A stretch of DNA of 64,000 nucleotides from Desulfatiglandales bacterium (lineage in GTDB: Bacteria > Desulfobacterota > DSM-4660 > Desulfatiglandales > Desulfatiglandaceae), in assembly GCA_963662465.1 (NCBI GenBank), contig OY759599.1:6912001-6976000 (forward strand), given 5' to 3'. Below, piece by piece: positions 48,035-56,831 of this stretch (position 1 is its first letter; each line of letters starts with the position of its first letter). The position numbers and the translations under genes are program-made. The notes under the pieces are model-generated. The model saw only the letters and a program-made list of their open reading frames with translations. It was not told where the DNA came from and ran no database searches.

Positions 48035-48070
48035 GAAGGCCCGAAGTAGCCGCTTCGGGCCTTCTTTTTT
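48035..48070 (+). terminator. Intrinsic terminator inside the left end of the IS21 element
   Basis: 12-bp stem GAAGGCCCGAAG / CTTCGGGCCTTC followed by T6. Confidence 0.75.
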
Positions 48071-48146
48071 GACCACCGGATAGAGCCGGAAGCCACACAC
48101 ACGCCAATTTTATATAAGTGTGTTTCCGGCCAATTGCAAGGCTGGA

Positions 48147-48563
48147 ATGATGGGAGATGTCCTTTTAAGAGTGGTTCAATGCCGATGTTGTGGTTGCTTT
48201 TTTCACGTCTGTCGGTCGTGTTGGCGTGGCCAGGCCTATTGTGGGGAACGATGTCGCAGGATACGCCAAAGACAGCTGCACCGGAAAGCTCAGGGGAAAT
48301 ACCGCAATTCGAAAAAAGGGAAAGAGCGCCGTCGTTTGTACGAAAAAACAAAAAAATCCAAAAAAAATGGACTGAACCCTGGTGATGATAGTTCAACACC
48401 TCAAAAAGACTGTGATATTGAACCCAAAAAGCGGTCGGGGAACCGACCCAGCTGTCTTTTTTGCGGGTCGATCGGGGTTGTTGTGGACCATTTTCCTCGC
48501 CGTGCTTATGCAGGGAGGGTTTTTTCAGATGTAACAGGCTTTGAGAAAACCCCATATCCATGA
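48147..48563 (+). CDS. Cys-rich, basic putative Zn-finger protein
   Basis: CRCC..CRSC..YCGERCR and C-terminal CLFC; K/R-rich middle. Confidence 0.6.
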   Translation: MMGDVLLRVVQCRCCGCFFHVCRSCWRGQAYCGERCRRIRQRQLHRKAQGKYRNSKKGKERRRLYEKTKKSKKNGLNPGDDSSTPQKDCDIEPKKRSGNRPSCLFCGSIGVVVDHFPRRAYAGRVFSDVTGFEKTPYP

Positions 48564-48575
48564 CAGGAGAAAAAA

Positions 48576-48995
48576 ATGATCAAAAAAAGAGTCCTTTTTC
48601 CCGAAAGAGTGCGTGTCATCAATGGAAGCTTCGGCTTTCTGGAGCATCGTTTTTTGAGAAACGGCTTTTGGGAGAGCCTGAATCATCATGAGCTGCTGCT
48701 CTACATTTTTCTGGTGTTGGTATCTGACAAAAACGGGCTCTCTTATTATGGTTACGACAGAATCTGCCGGATTTTAAAGGTGCATTTGGATCAATATATC
48801 GATGCCCGCGATGGCTTGTTGGACAAGGATCTGATTGGGTTTGATGGCCGTCTGTTTCAGGTTCTTTCGCTTCCCAGACGTCCTGTGATTGTGAAACAGG
48901 TAAAGGAGATCCGGCAAGGAAATTGGGTCAGTCTTGGAGAAACCATAGAGGAAATCTTTCGGGAGACTGGGTATGGAATCCATCCGAACCGTTGA
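48576..48995 (+). CDS. Putative winged-HTH protein resembling N-termini of replication initiators
   Basis: ELLLYIFLVLVSDKNGLSYY..ICRIL..ARDGLLDKDLI; AGGAG RBS. Confidence 0.55.
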   Translation: MIKKRVLFPERVRVINGSFGFLEHRFLRNGFWESLNHHELLLYIFLVLVSDKNGLSYYGYDRICRILKVHLDQYIDARDGLLDKDLIGFDGRLFQVLSLPRRPVIVKQVKEIRQGNWVSLGETIEEIFRETGYGIHPNR

Positions 48996-49857
48996 TATTC
49001 ATTTGCTGGAGTTGCGTTACGCTCATTGCCGGATAATGAATCACCAGGCTTTAAAGCGATTGAGGGATTCCATCGAAACTTACGGGCAGATCGTTCCGGC
49101 CCTGGCTATTGAAGAAAAAGACAAACTGATTCTGATTGATGGCTACCTGCGTGTTCGAGCGCTTTGTGCTTGTGGAAAGGACCGGATATGTGTCCAATTC
49201 TCAAAAGAAAACGAACAAAATGCCATGTTTTCGCTTTTAACCAAGGCCAATGAACGGCAATGGGAAGTCATTGAGCAGTCTGTTTTACTTCAGGAATTAC
49301 ATCGGCGTTTTGGGTGCAGCCTCTCCCATATTGCAACCCGAATAGGGCGCGACAAGAGTTTTGTAAAACGGCGGCTGGACCTGGTTGAAGCCCTGCCGGA
49401 AAATATTTTGAGAACCGTGATTGCAGGCTCACTTTCAACCTGGGCTGCCAGCCGTGTCATGGCGCCGTTGGCGCGCGCCAACGGTGAAGACGCACAAAAA
49501 CTGTTGGCCCACCTGGAAAAAGAACCTCTATCCACAAGGGAACTGGCCCGTTTCTACGCACATTACCAGAAAAGCAACCGGTCTGTTCGAGACCACATGC
49601 TGGAAAATCCATCCCTTTTCATAAAAGTTCTCGAACAAAGAACCCAGTCTAAACAAGCCAAAGAAGTTCATGATGGACCGGAAGGCAAATGGTTCAAGGA
49701 TATTGAAATGGCATATGCGGTTCTCAAACGTCTGGTGAAAACCGTTTCGCATGTCCATTACCCAAAAAGCGATCAGTTGAAGAAACAAACGCTCAAAACC
49801 TGGGTGAAAAAGATAGAAAAACAAGCACTGGAACTCAAGAAAGCGACCCAATTATGA
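48973..49857 (+). CDS. ParB/Srx N-terminal domain + HTH protein
   Basis: LRDSIETYGQIVP, LIDGYLRVRAL and IATRIGRDKSFVKRRL motifs. Confidence 0.82.
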   Translation: MESIRTVDIHLLELRYAHCRIMNHQALKRLRDSIETYGQIVPALAIEEKDKLILIDGYLRVRALCACGKDRICVQFSKENEQNAMFSLLTKANERQWEVIEQSVLLQELHRRFGCSLSHIATRIGRDKSFVKRRLDLVEALPENILRTVIAGSLSTWAASRVMAPLARANGEDAQKLLAHLEKEPLSTRELARFYAHYQKSNRSVRDHMLENPSLFIKVLEQRTQSKQAKEVHDGPEGKWFKDIEMAYAVLKRLVKTVSHVHYPKSDQLKKQTLKTWVKKIEKQALELKKATQL

Positions 49858-51236
49858 TCCGACAATCCAAAAAAGATGCCATTGTGGAATTGAAAAAAAC
49901 CGGCATGAGTTTGCGCGACATCGCCAAAACCCTGAAGGCCGGTCGCAATACCGTCACGAAGGTTTTAGATGATCATGACGAAGAGGCGGTACCCCAAAGG
50001 AACTCCCGGTATGAAGAACATGTCCCGTTGATCCGCGAGCTTTTCAAGGAATGTAAAGGAAATGCCGTGCGAGTAGCCGAGGAACTGGAAAGCCGCCAAC
50101 AGATCAAAATCCCTTATCAGAGTCTGACCTGGATTATGAGAAAGTACGAGATCCGGGAACGTAAAAAAAGACGGGCGGGCCAATACCATTTTAAACCCGG
50201 TCAGGAGATGCAGCATGATACGTCACCCCATCTGGTTGTCATTAATGGGAAAAAAATGTCGACCCAGTGCGCGTCCCTGACCCTGGCCTTTTGCCGAAGG
50301 ATTTTTATTCAGTATTACCCCTGTTTTACCCGGTTTGAGTGCAAGGTTTTCCTAAAAAAAGCATTCGAGTTTATGGACGGGGTGTGTTCCCGGTGCATGG
50401 TTGACAACACCAATGTTATTGTGGCCGGCGGCACCGGGCCTGATGCATTGATTGCGCCTGAAATGAAATACTTCGGCGATATGTATGGAACCCGGTTTGA
50501 GGCCCATGCTGTAGGAGACGCCAATCGAAGTGCCCGTGTGGAAAGGCCTTTTCATTTTGTGGAAAACAATTTTCTTCCCGGTAGAACATTTGTTAGCTGG
50601 CAGGATTTGAACCGGCAGGCAATCGACTGGTGCCGGAATACAAGCGATAAAAAGTTTAAACGGGCTTTAGGGATGACGCCGGATGAGGCCTATGTCATTG
50701 AAAAGCCATATCTCATTGATTTACCGGCATACCAGCCGCCAGTCTATGTGGCAGAACACAGGGTAGCCGATGTTCAGGGATATGTGCACTTGGACACCAA
50801 CCGCTATTCAGTCCCTGAAGCGCTGATTGGGAACTCCCTGGAAGTACAGAAACATTGGCTCAAGGTCATCGTTTACGACAAAAACACAAAAGTGGCGGAA
50901 CATGACCGCATACTGGATAAACGCAACACCCGAACAACCCTGCCCGGTCACCATGTTCCCATTCGAAGAAAAAAAGATCCCCGAATCCCTTCAAAAGAAG
51001 AACAGCTGTTGACGGGAGAGGATGCCATCCTGGATGAGTATGTGGCTGAACTGAAGAAAAGAAGTCACGGTCGCGGTGTGGTCAAGTTACGTCGGTTGCT
51101 TCATCTGAAACGCACTTATCCCGGGGAACCTTTTTTGAAAGCCATAACACAGGCGCTTAAATATGGACTTTTTGATTTGTCGCGTCTGGAAAACATTATT
51201 CTCGATTATATCGCGGGAGACTTTTTTGATCTATGA
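49854..51236 (+). CDS. istA: IS21 transposase IstA
   Basis: N-terminal HTH; PGQEMQHD, VDN, ARVER DDE residues; NRYSVP. Confidence 0.9.
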   Translation: MIRQSKKDAIVELKKTGMSLRDIAKTLKAGRNTVTKVLDDHDEEAVPQRNSRYEEHVPLIRELFKECKGNAVRVAEELESRQQIKIPYQSLTWIMRKYEIRERKKRRAGQYHFKPGQEMQHDTSPHLVVINGKKMSTQCASLTLAFCRRIFIQYYPCFTRFECKVFLKKAFEFMDGVCSRCMVDNTNVIVAGGTGPDALIAPEMKYFGDMYGTRFEAHAVGDANRSARVERPFHFVENNFLPGRTFVSWQDLNRQAIDWCRNTSDKKFKRALGMTPDEAYVIEKPYLIDLPAYQPPVYVAEHRVADVQGYVHLDTNRYSVPEALIGNSLEVQKHWLKVIVYDKNTKVAEHDRILDKRNTRTTLPGHHVPIRRKKDPRIPSKEEQLLTGEDAILDEYVAELKKRSHGRGVVKLRRLLHLKRTYPGEPFLKAITQALKYGLFDLSRLENIILDYIAGDFFDL

Positions 51237-51952
51237 AAAAGAAAATTGAACAGTTACTCATTGATTTGAAGTTTAAAGGCATGCTGAAGGCTCTCGAAGA
51301 ACAGTTGGCTTCGGCTGAAAAGAACGGTTTTTCCATTCACGAGGTCATCTACAATCTCCTGGCTGAGGAATTACGTTTCCGGCAGGAGCGCAGCATGATC
51401 TATCGGGTCCAGATTGCAAAGCTTCCATGGGAATGGACCCTCAACTCCTTTCCGTTTGATCTTCAGCCGGGAATACAGAAGAGCCGGATCATGACGTTGT
51501 CCGGCCTTGACTTTATCAGCCGAAGAGAAAACATCGTGTTCCATGGAAAAACCGGCGTCGGCAAAACGGGATTGGCCGTGGGGATCCTTCGTCAAGCCAT
51601 TATTGCCGGGTACCGGGGGCGTTTTTATAATGTTCAGGATTTGCTGGATCAGCTCTATGCGTCTTTGGCAGATCGGTCCACCCCGAAACTCCTCAATGCC
51701 CTTTGCAGATATGACCTGCTTCTGCTCGATGAACTGGGATACCTGACCCTCAAAAAAGAGCAGATGAACGCCTTTTTTAAACTCATGAAAGATCGCTATG
51801 AAGCCGGTCGGTCCACAATTATTACGACCAATCTTCAACCTGAACAATGGTATTCGCTGCTTGAACCAAAGGACATGGTCGATGCCTTGCTGGATCGTCT
51901 CAACCATCGCTGCATCAACATTCATATTGATGGTCCTTCCCTCAGAAAATGA
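51233..51952 (+). CDS. istB: IS21 helper ATPase IstB
   Basis: GKTGVGKT, LLLLDELGY, IITTN, ALLDRL and GPSLR motifs. Confidence 0.95.
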   Translation: MKKKIEQLLIDLKFKGMLKALEEQLASAEKNGFSIHEVIYNLLAEELRFRQERSMIYRVQIAKLPWEWTLNSFPFDLQPGIQKSRIMTLSGLDFISRRENIVFHGKTGVGKTGLAVGILRQAIIAGYRGRFYNVQDLLDQLYASLADRSTPKLLNALCRYDLLLLDELGYLTLKKEQMNAFFKLMKDRYEAGRSTIITTNLQPEQWYSLLEPKDMVDALLDRLNHRCINIHIDGPSLRK

Positions 51953-52050
51953 GATGTTCGCCAAAGGGCCGGTTTTGAGGTCTGAATATCACCGGTCTGT
52001 TTGAATCTCGTTACACGAATATCAGAAATTACCTTGTCTTGGAGCTTGAA

Positions 52051-52248
52051 ATGAGAGGTGGAAAACGGGTAGGCGCCGGCCGAAGAAAGAAACCGGAACA
52101 TTTGAGACGTGAACTGCTCACCATTCGTCTCCCCAAATGGATGATTCTACAGCTGAAAAAAAACGGGGAAATTGGATATTTGATTGAGGATCAATTGGCG
52201 AAGGGAGGCCTCCTGAATTTACCGGACGACTATGACATAGACAAATAG
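52051..52248 (+). CDS. Small putative DNA-binding protein (RGGxRxGAGR + RHH-like)
   Basis: MRGGKRVGAGRRKK..LTIRLPKW; GGAG RBS. Confidence 0.5.
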   Translation: MRGGKRVGAGRRKKPEHLRRELLTIRLPKWMILQLKKNGEIGYLIEDQLAKGGLLNLPDDYDIDK

Positions 52249-52508
52249 TTCCTCAATAAGCATTGCCCTTAACCGAAAAATCTAATCCCCTCTTCTCTGC
52301 CATCACCATATTGATGGTATCCTCATCACTGATTCTTCAACCAGAACGCTACGTGTCTCACCAGCATTTTTAAAATACCATCTGATATACTCTTTCATGC
52401 AACCTCTAACAAATTTACAAGAAAACCCTTCTAAAAGGAAAAGACCAGTGCGCAATATCTGGTTCCGTTTGGAGTAGCAAAACTGGTTCCATTTTGGTTA
52501 GCGCCCAA

Positions 52509-53048
52509 GCCAAAAACAACCAGCCCACATTACTTCAAGACATTTCCCTGTATTTTGAGGGCTGCAACGATCCTGATTTCATACAACACGATGCTCCCGA
52601 TCATGGTCGCATCGAAGTGCGCAAAATATGGACGACTACCGAACTTAACCTATACCTGGATTTCCCGTATGTCGGCCAGGCTTTTATGATCCAGAGAGAA
52701 GTTACAAACAAGAAAACCGGTAAATGCACAGTTGAGGTTGCTTACGGCATAACGAGTCAATCACCTGATCAGGCGAATCCCGAACGTGTACTTTCTATCA
52801 ATCGCGGTCACTGGACCATTGAAAACGAGTGCCATTACATCATCGACTGGAACTACGACGAAGATCGAAGCCGAATAAGAACCGGCAATGGTCCTGAAAA
52901 CATGACCAGGCTGCGTAGATTCGCGGTGGGCGTCATTAAGGCGAAAGGCGTTCGCAGTGTAGCCCAGAAAATGCGCCAGCTCACGCAGAACGTAAGGGGT
53001 GTCTTCGACTATCTCAAGATGACCAAAAATTCAGTGCCCCAAGCGTGA
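52509..53048 (+). pseudogene. ISAs1 transposase, 3' part
   Basis: KNNQPTL, HGRIEVR and RGHWTIENECHYIIDWNYDED motifs. Confidence 0.88.
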
Positions 53049-53227
53049 TACCTGTTAGAACAAATTTACCGTGTGATGAGACGTGAAAGGAATCGTGAAG
53101 CGGGGAATCTTGGTTTTTAAGCCCATAAGGGTTGCAATGATTTGCCGATTTATGAGATACTGCCCAATTATGGCATTGAAGATGACTTCGTGCTCCTTCA
53201 AAAATATCACTCAGCAAGGACTATGGA

Positions 53228-54511
53228 ATGACACAGCTAAAGGATGCAAGGTCCGGCATTATAACGCCGGAAATGGAAAAGGTCGCTGAATATGAACAGG
53301 TGAATGTGGATTGGCTTCAGGAGAAGATGGCTTTGGGAAGGGTCGTCATTCCCGCCAACAGACGGCATCAACGTCTGGTTCCCTGCGGTATCGGCGAGGG
53401 ATTGTTTGTGAAAGTCAATTCCAATATTGGAACTTCCTCGGACAGGTCCATTCTTGAAGAGGAACTGGAAAAACTTCGGGTGTCCATTGAAGCCGGCGCC
53501 GATACGGTGATGGATCTTTCCACGGGCAAGGACATTAATGAGTCCAGGAACCGTATTTTAGCGCAATCCACAGTCGCTATCGGTACGGTTCCCATCTATC
53601 AGGCTATTGTTGAGACGGTGGAGGAAAAAGGCGCTCTCGTTAAGCTCGATCGCGACAAACTTTTTGAAGTCATTGAAAAACAGGCGCAAGACGGCGTGGA
53701 TTTCATCACGGTTCATTGCGGATTGACCCTGGCAGCCCTTGATATGTTGAAAAAGCAGGGACGCATCACCAATATTGTCAGTCGGGGCGGGGCTTTTCTG
53801 ACCACATGGATGTTGCACCATGGAAAGGAAAACCCCCTTTACGAGGCGTACGACCGGCTCCTGGAAATCGCGAAAAAGTATGATGTGACCCTGAGCCTTG
53901 GGGACGGGCTGCGGCCGGGGTGTTTGGCTGATGCAACGGACAGAGCCCAGATCCATGAACTGATGACCCTTGGGGATTTGACCCGGCGGGCCTGGGAACA
54001 GGATGTTCAGGTGATGATCGAAGGTCCGGGTCACGTGCCCCTGGATCAGATTGAAACCAATATTATCCTTCAAAAGAAGATGTGCAATCATGCGCCCTTT
54101 TATGTTCTGGGACCCCTGGTGACGGATATCGCGGCGGGTTACGATCATGTGGCCTGCGCCATTGGCGGCGCCTTGGCCGGTGCGGCGGGGGCCGATTATC
54201 TCTGTTATGTGACGCCCGCGGAACATCTCTGCCTGCCGAGCGTTTCGGATGTGCGTGAAGGCGTGGTTGTGACCAAAATTGCCGCCCATGCGGCGGACAT
54301 TGCAAAAGGGAACAAACAGGCCATCGAACGGGACCGGCAAATGGCCGTGGCCAGGAGAAACCTGGATTGGGAAACCCAGATGAAACTGGCTATTGACCCG
54401 CAAAAAGCCAGGCGCTATCGCGAAAAAAATCCGCCTGAGGAGGATGATGTGTGTACCATGTGCGGAAAATTTTGCGCCATCAAGCAGGTGAGAGACTATT
54501 TTAAAGATTAA
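53228..54511 (+). CDS. thiC: Phosphomethylpyrimidine synthase ThiC (short form; Bza paralogue not excluded)
   Basis: KVNSNIG, DTVMDLS, SRGG, SLGDGLRPG, EGPGH and CTMCGKFC motifs. Confidence 0.8.
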   Translation: MTQLKDARSGIITPEMEKVAEYEQVNVDWLQEKMALGRVVIPANRRHQRLVPCGIGEGLFVKVNSNIGTSSDRSILEEELEKLRVSIEAGADTVMDLSTGKDINESRNRILAQSTVAIGTVPIYQAIVETVEEKGALVKLDRDKLFEVIEKQAQDGVDFITVHCGLTLAALDMLKKQGRITNIVSRGGAFLTTWMLHHGKENPLYEAYDRLLEIAKKYDVTLSLGDGLRPGCLADATDRAQIHELMTLGDLTRRAWEQDVQVMIEGPGHVPLDQIETNIILQKKMCNHAPFYVLGPLVTDIAAGYDHVACAIGGALAGAAGADYLCYVTPAEHLCLPSVSDVREGVVVTKIAAHAADIAKGNKQAIERDRQMAVARRNLDWETQMKLAIDPQKARRYREKNPPEEDDVCTMCGKFCAIKQVRDYFKD

Positions 54512-54522
54512 CCCTCACCCTG

Positions 54523-55905
54523 TTATTTTCCAAGACAGAATTGGTTGAAAATACTGTCCAGCACCGCATCATCGGTGGTTTGGCCCGTGATTTCTCCTAA
54601 ACGCTCAAGTCCGCTTCTGAGTTCAAAGGCCACGATCTCCATGGGCGCCCTTGTTTGAGCGTTGACGGCCGCGCTCTTGAAGCATTCTCTTGCCGCCTCC
54701 AAGGCTTCCCGATGTCTCAAGTTCGGGATCGCATGAGAGGTTGCGTCAAGAGCGCTGTCCTCAAGGATGCAATCCCTTATGGCTTTTTTCAGGGGTTCAA
54801 TGCCCTCACCCGTAAGGGCCGAGATTGGGACGGTCTGGAAGCGGTTCAGTAAATCAGTGTTTTCTGAGCCTTCTGAGGCCCGCGGTAAATCAATTTTATT
54901 GATCGCCACCAGGGATTTCTTGTTTCCGCTTTGCGTCAGAAGGCTCAGGTCGTCCGAGTTCAGGGGGCGACTCCGGTCGATGACGATCAACAGAAGATCG
55001 GCTTCGGCGGCTTTTTGCCGGGTGAGATGAACACCCAGTTTTTCCACCTCGTCTTTGGCTTCCCTGAGGCCGGCGGTATCCATAATCCGGAGGGGAATGC
55101 CGGAAATGTTGAGGGTGGATTCAATGACGTCCCGCGTCGTTCCCGGTATGTCCGTTACAATGGCCCTCGGTTCATCCAGAAGGCGGTTTAATAGACTTGA
55201 TTTCCCTGCGTTGACACGGCCCACGATGACGGTGTTGATGCCGTCAACCCATATGCGGCCCGCGTGGGATTTGATCAGGACCGTGATGGGTTGAAGCAGA
55301 TCCTCCTTTATGGCCTTTGCCCCTTCGTTCCTGAAAATGTGTTCGATGTCGTCTTCGGGAAAATCGATGGCGGCTTCCGCGTGGGCAAGAATGTGAATGG
55401 CTTTTTCCCGCAAGGCCTCGGTATCTCTTTTGATGGACCCCTGGATTTGTTGTGCGGCCAGAACCAACCCCCGTTCGGATCGTGCATTCATAAGATCCAC
55501 GACGGCCTCTGCCTGTGTTAAGTCAATCCTGCCGTTTAGAAACGCACGTTGGGTGAATTCTCCCGGCCTGGCCATTCGGGCGCCCAGGCGCATGAGAATT
55601 TCCAGTATTTTGGCCAGCAAAGCATATCCGCTGTGTGAGTTGATTTCGACAACGTCTTCGCGGGTATAGCTGTTGGGCGCCGCCATAAAGGACAGCAGCA
55701 CTTCGTCGATAATGTTTCCCGAGGCGGGATCGCAAATATATCCCATGTACAGGCGATGACTTTTGAAAAGAGGCTGGGTCGTTTTAGGTTTGAAAAGGAT
55801 TTTGGCGATTTCAAGGGCGCCGGGACCGCTGATCCGGATGATCCCGATCCCTGCCTGGCCAATGGGGGTTGCGATGGCCGCGATGGTATCTTCTGATGAT
55901 GGCAT
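54523..55905 (-). CDS. mnmE: tRNA modification GTPase MnmE
   Basis: DTIAAIATP, GRVNAGKSS, GTTRD, DTAG, NKID and FCLGK motifs. Confidence 0.96.
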   Translation of the reverse strand: MPSSEDTIAAIATPIGQAGIGIIRISGPGALEIAKILFKPKTTQPLFKSHRLYMGYICDPASGNIIDEVLLSFMAAPNSYTREDVVEINSHSGYALLAKILEILMRLGARMARPGEFTQRAFLNGRIDLTQAEAVVDLMNARSERGLVLAAQQIQGSIKRDTEALREKAIHILAHAEAAIDFPEDDIEHIFRNEGAKAIKEDLLQPITVLIKSHAGRIWVDGINTVIVGRVNAGKSSLLNRLLDEPRAIVTDIPGTTRDVIESTLNISGIPLRIMDTAGLREAKDEVEKLGVHLTRQKAAEADLLLIVIDRSRPLNSDDLSLLTQSGNKKSLVAINKIDLPRASEGSENTDLLNRFQTVPISALTGEGIEPLKKAIRDCILEDSALDATSHAIPNLRHREALEAARECFKSAAVNAQTRAPMEIVAFELRSGLERLGEITGQTTDDAVLDSIFNQFCLGK

Positions 55906-55919
55906 GAGCCTAACCAAAG

Positions 55920-55970
55920 TTCGTTTCCGTCCCGTTCCCAGGCAACGCCTGGGAACGGGACGGAAACGAA
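55920..55970. repeat. Perfect 24-bp inverted repeat (REP-like hairpin)
   Basis: TTCGTTTCCGTCCCGTTCCCAGGC-AAC-GCCTGGGAACGGGACGGAAACGAA. Confidence 0.9.
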
Positions 55971-55981
55971 AACCCTAGAAT

Positions 55982-56815
55982 CTACTGGGCCCGAGAGGCC
56001 CTTGAAGCGCCGTATCTTTTTGGAATAATCACCACTTTTTTCAGAATGCCTTCTCCCTTTCCTTTGGTGCCGAGATCTTCGTCGTTTCTGAGTGCCAGAT
56101 GAACGATCCTTCTATCGTGGGGATTGAGGAGGTTCGTGGTGACCGGCCTTTTGATTTTTTTTGCCTTATCCCCCATCTTCAATGCCATCTGGACCAGAAA
56201 CTCCTGCCGTCTCAGCCGGTAGTTCTCGGAGTCTATGATAACACGGGTCCTCTTTTCCAAAGACTTGTTGACGATTTTATTGACGATAAACTGAAGCGCA
56301 TCCAGGGTTTTACCTTTGCGTCCGATCAAAAGCCCCGTTTTATCCCCTTCTATATTGAGATTTACGGAGCCGTCTTTCAGGCTGGCCGCGACGGCGATCC
56401 CCTCCATGGGGATTAAGGCCAGAATGTTTTCCAGTGCTTCTTTCGCAATGGCAATTTCACCTTCCCGAGCATCTTCAGGGGGTGTTTCCTGGTCAGTTGT
56501 TGACGGCTTGTTTTCCGGAGGGGCGGGTATTTCGGCGGCCTCTTCTTCCGGGGCCGCGGCTGCTTCAATAACCTCTTCTTCCGGGGCGGCAGGCACTTCT
56601 GCCGCTTCATCCTCCCGCATTTCAATCGGGTCGGGTTCTTTCCGCTTTATCGTGACTTTGATTTTAGCTTTTCGGCCTCCGACCAGGCCGAAAATGCCGG
56701 ATGAGCCTGGTTCAATGATGACGATGTCCATCTGATTTCTGGTTAGACCCAGTTTGCGGCACGCTTTTTCAATGGCATCTTGATCGTTTTTTCCTTCAAA
56801 TTCGTAGGTTTCCAT
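55982..56815 (-). CDS. jag: Jag/EloR (KhpB) RNA-binding protein
   Basis: Jag_N; KH motif LIGRKGKTLDALQ; R3H motif RRIVH. Confidence 0.92.
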   Translation of the reverse strand: METYEFEGKNDQDAIEKACRKLGLTRNQMDIVIIEPGSSGIFGLVGGRKAKIKVTIKRKEPDPIEMREDEAAEVPAAPEEEVIEAAAAPEEEAAEIPAPPENKPSTTDQETPPEDAREGEIAIAKEALENILALIPMEGIAVAASLKDGSVNLNIEGDKTGLLIGRKGKTLDALQFIVNKIVNKSLEKRTRVIIDSENYRLRRQEFLVQMALKMGDKAKKIKRPVTTNLLNPHDRRIVHLALRNDEDLGTKGKGEGILKKVVIIPKRYGASRASRAQ

Positions 56816-56831
56816 GAGTGTCCTCCATATA

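Larger units (their letters stand above)
47786..52508 (+). mobile_element. IS21-family element with four accessory ORFs (4.7 kb)
   Basis: Two tandem ~24-bp GCTAA..AAA.TGAACCA repeats at each end in inverted orientation; flanking direct repeat GCCAAAAAC (47777-47785 and 52509-52517); removing the element restores ..FIAKNNQPTL.. Confidence 0.9.
46420..53073 (+). mobile_element. ISAs1-family element (DUF4338-transposase), interrupted by an IS21-family element
   Basis: Imperfect IRs CAGGGTGAATTTATTCT / AGAACAAATTTACCGTG; 10-bp direct repeat TGATGAGACG at 46410-46419 and 53074-53083. Confidence 0.88.

Noticed and set aside
47842..48561. 239-aa minus-strand ORF in the IS21 left region
   Set aside because: It is antisense to the Zn-finger ORF, crosses the terminator hairpin and has no recognisable motifs.
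48973..49857. ParB as a chromosomal or plasmid partition locus
   Set aside because: No parA and no parS were seen; the gene lies inside the IS21 ends.
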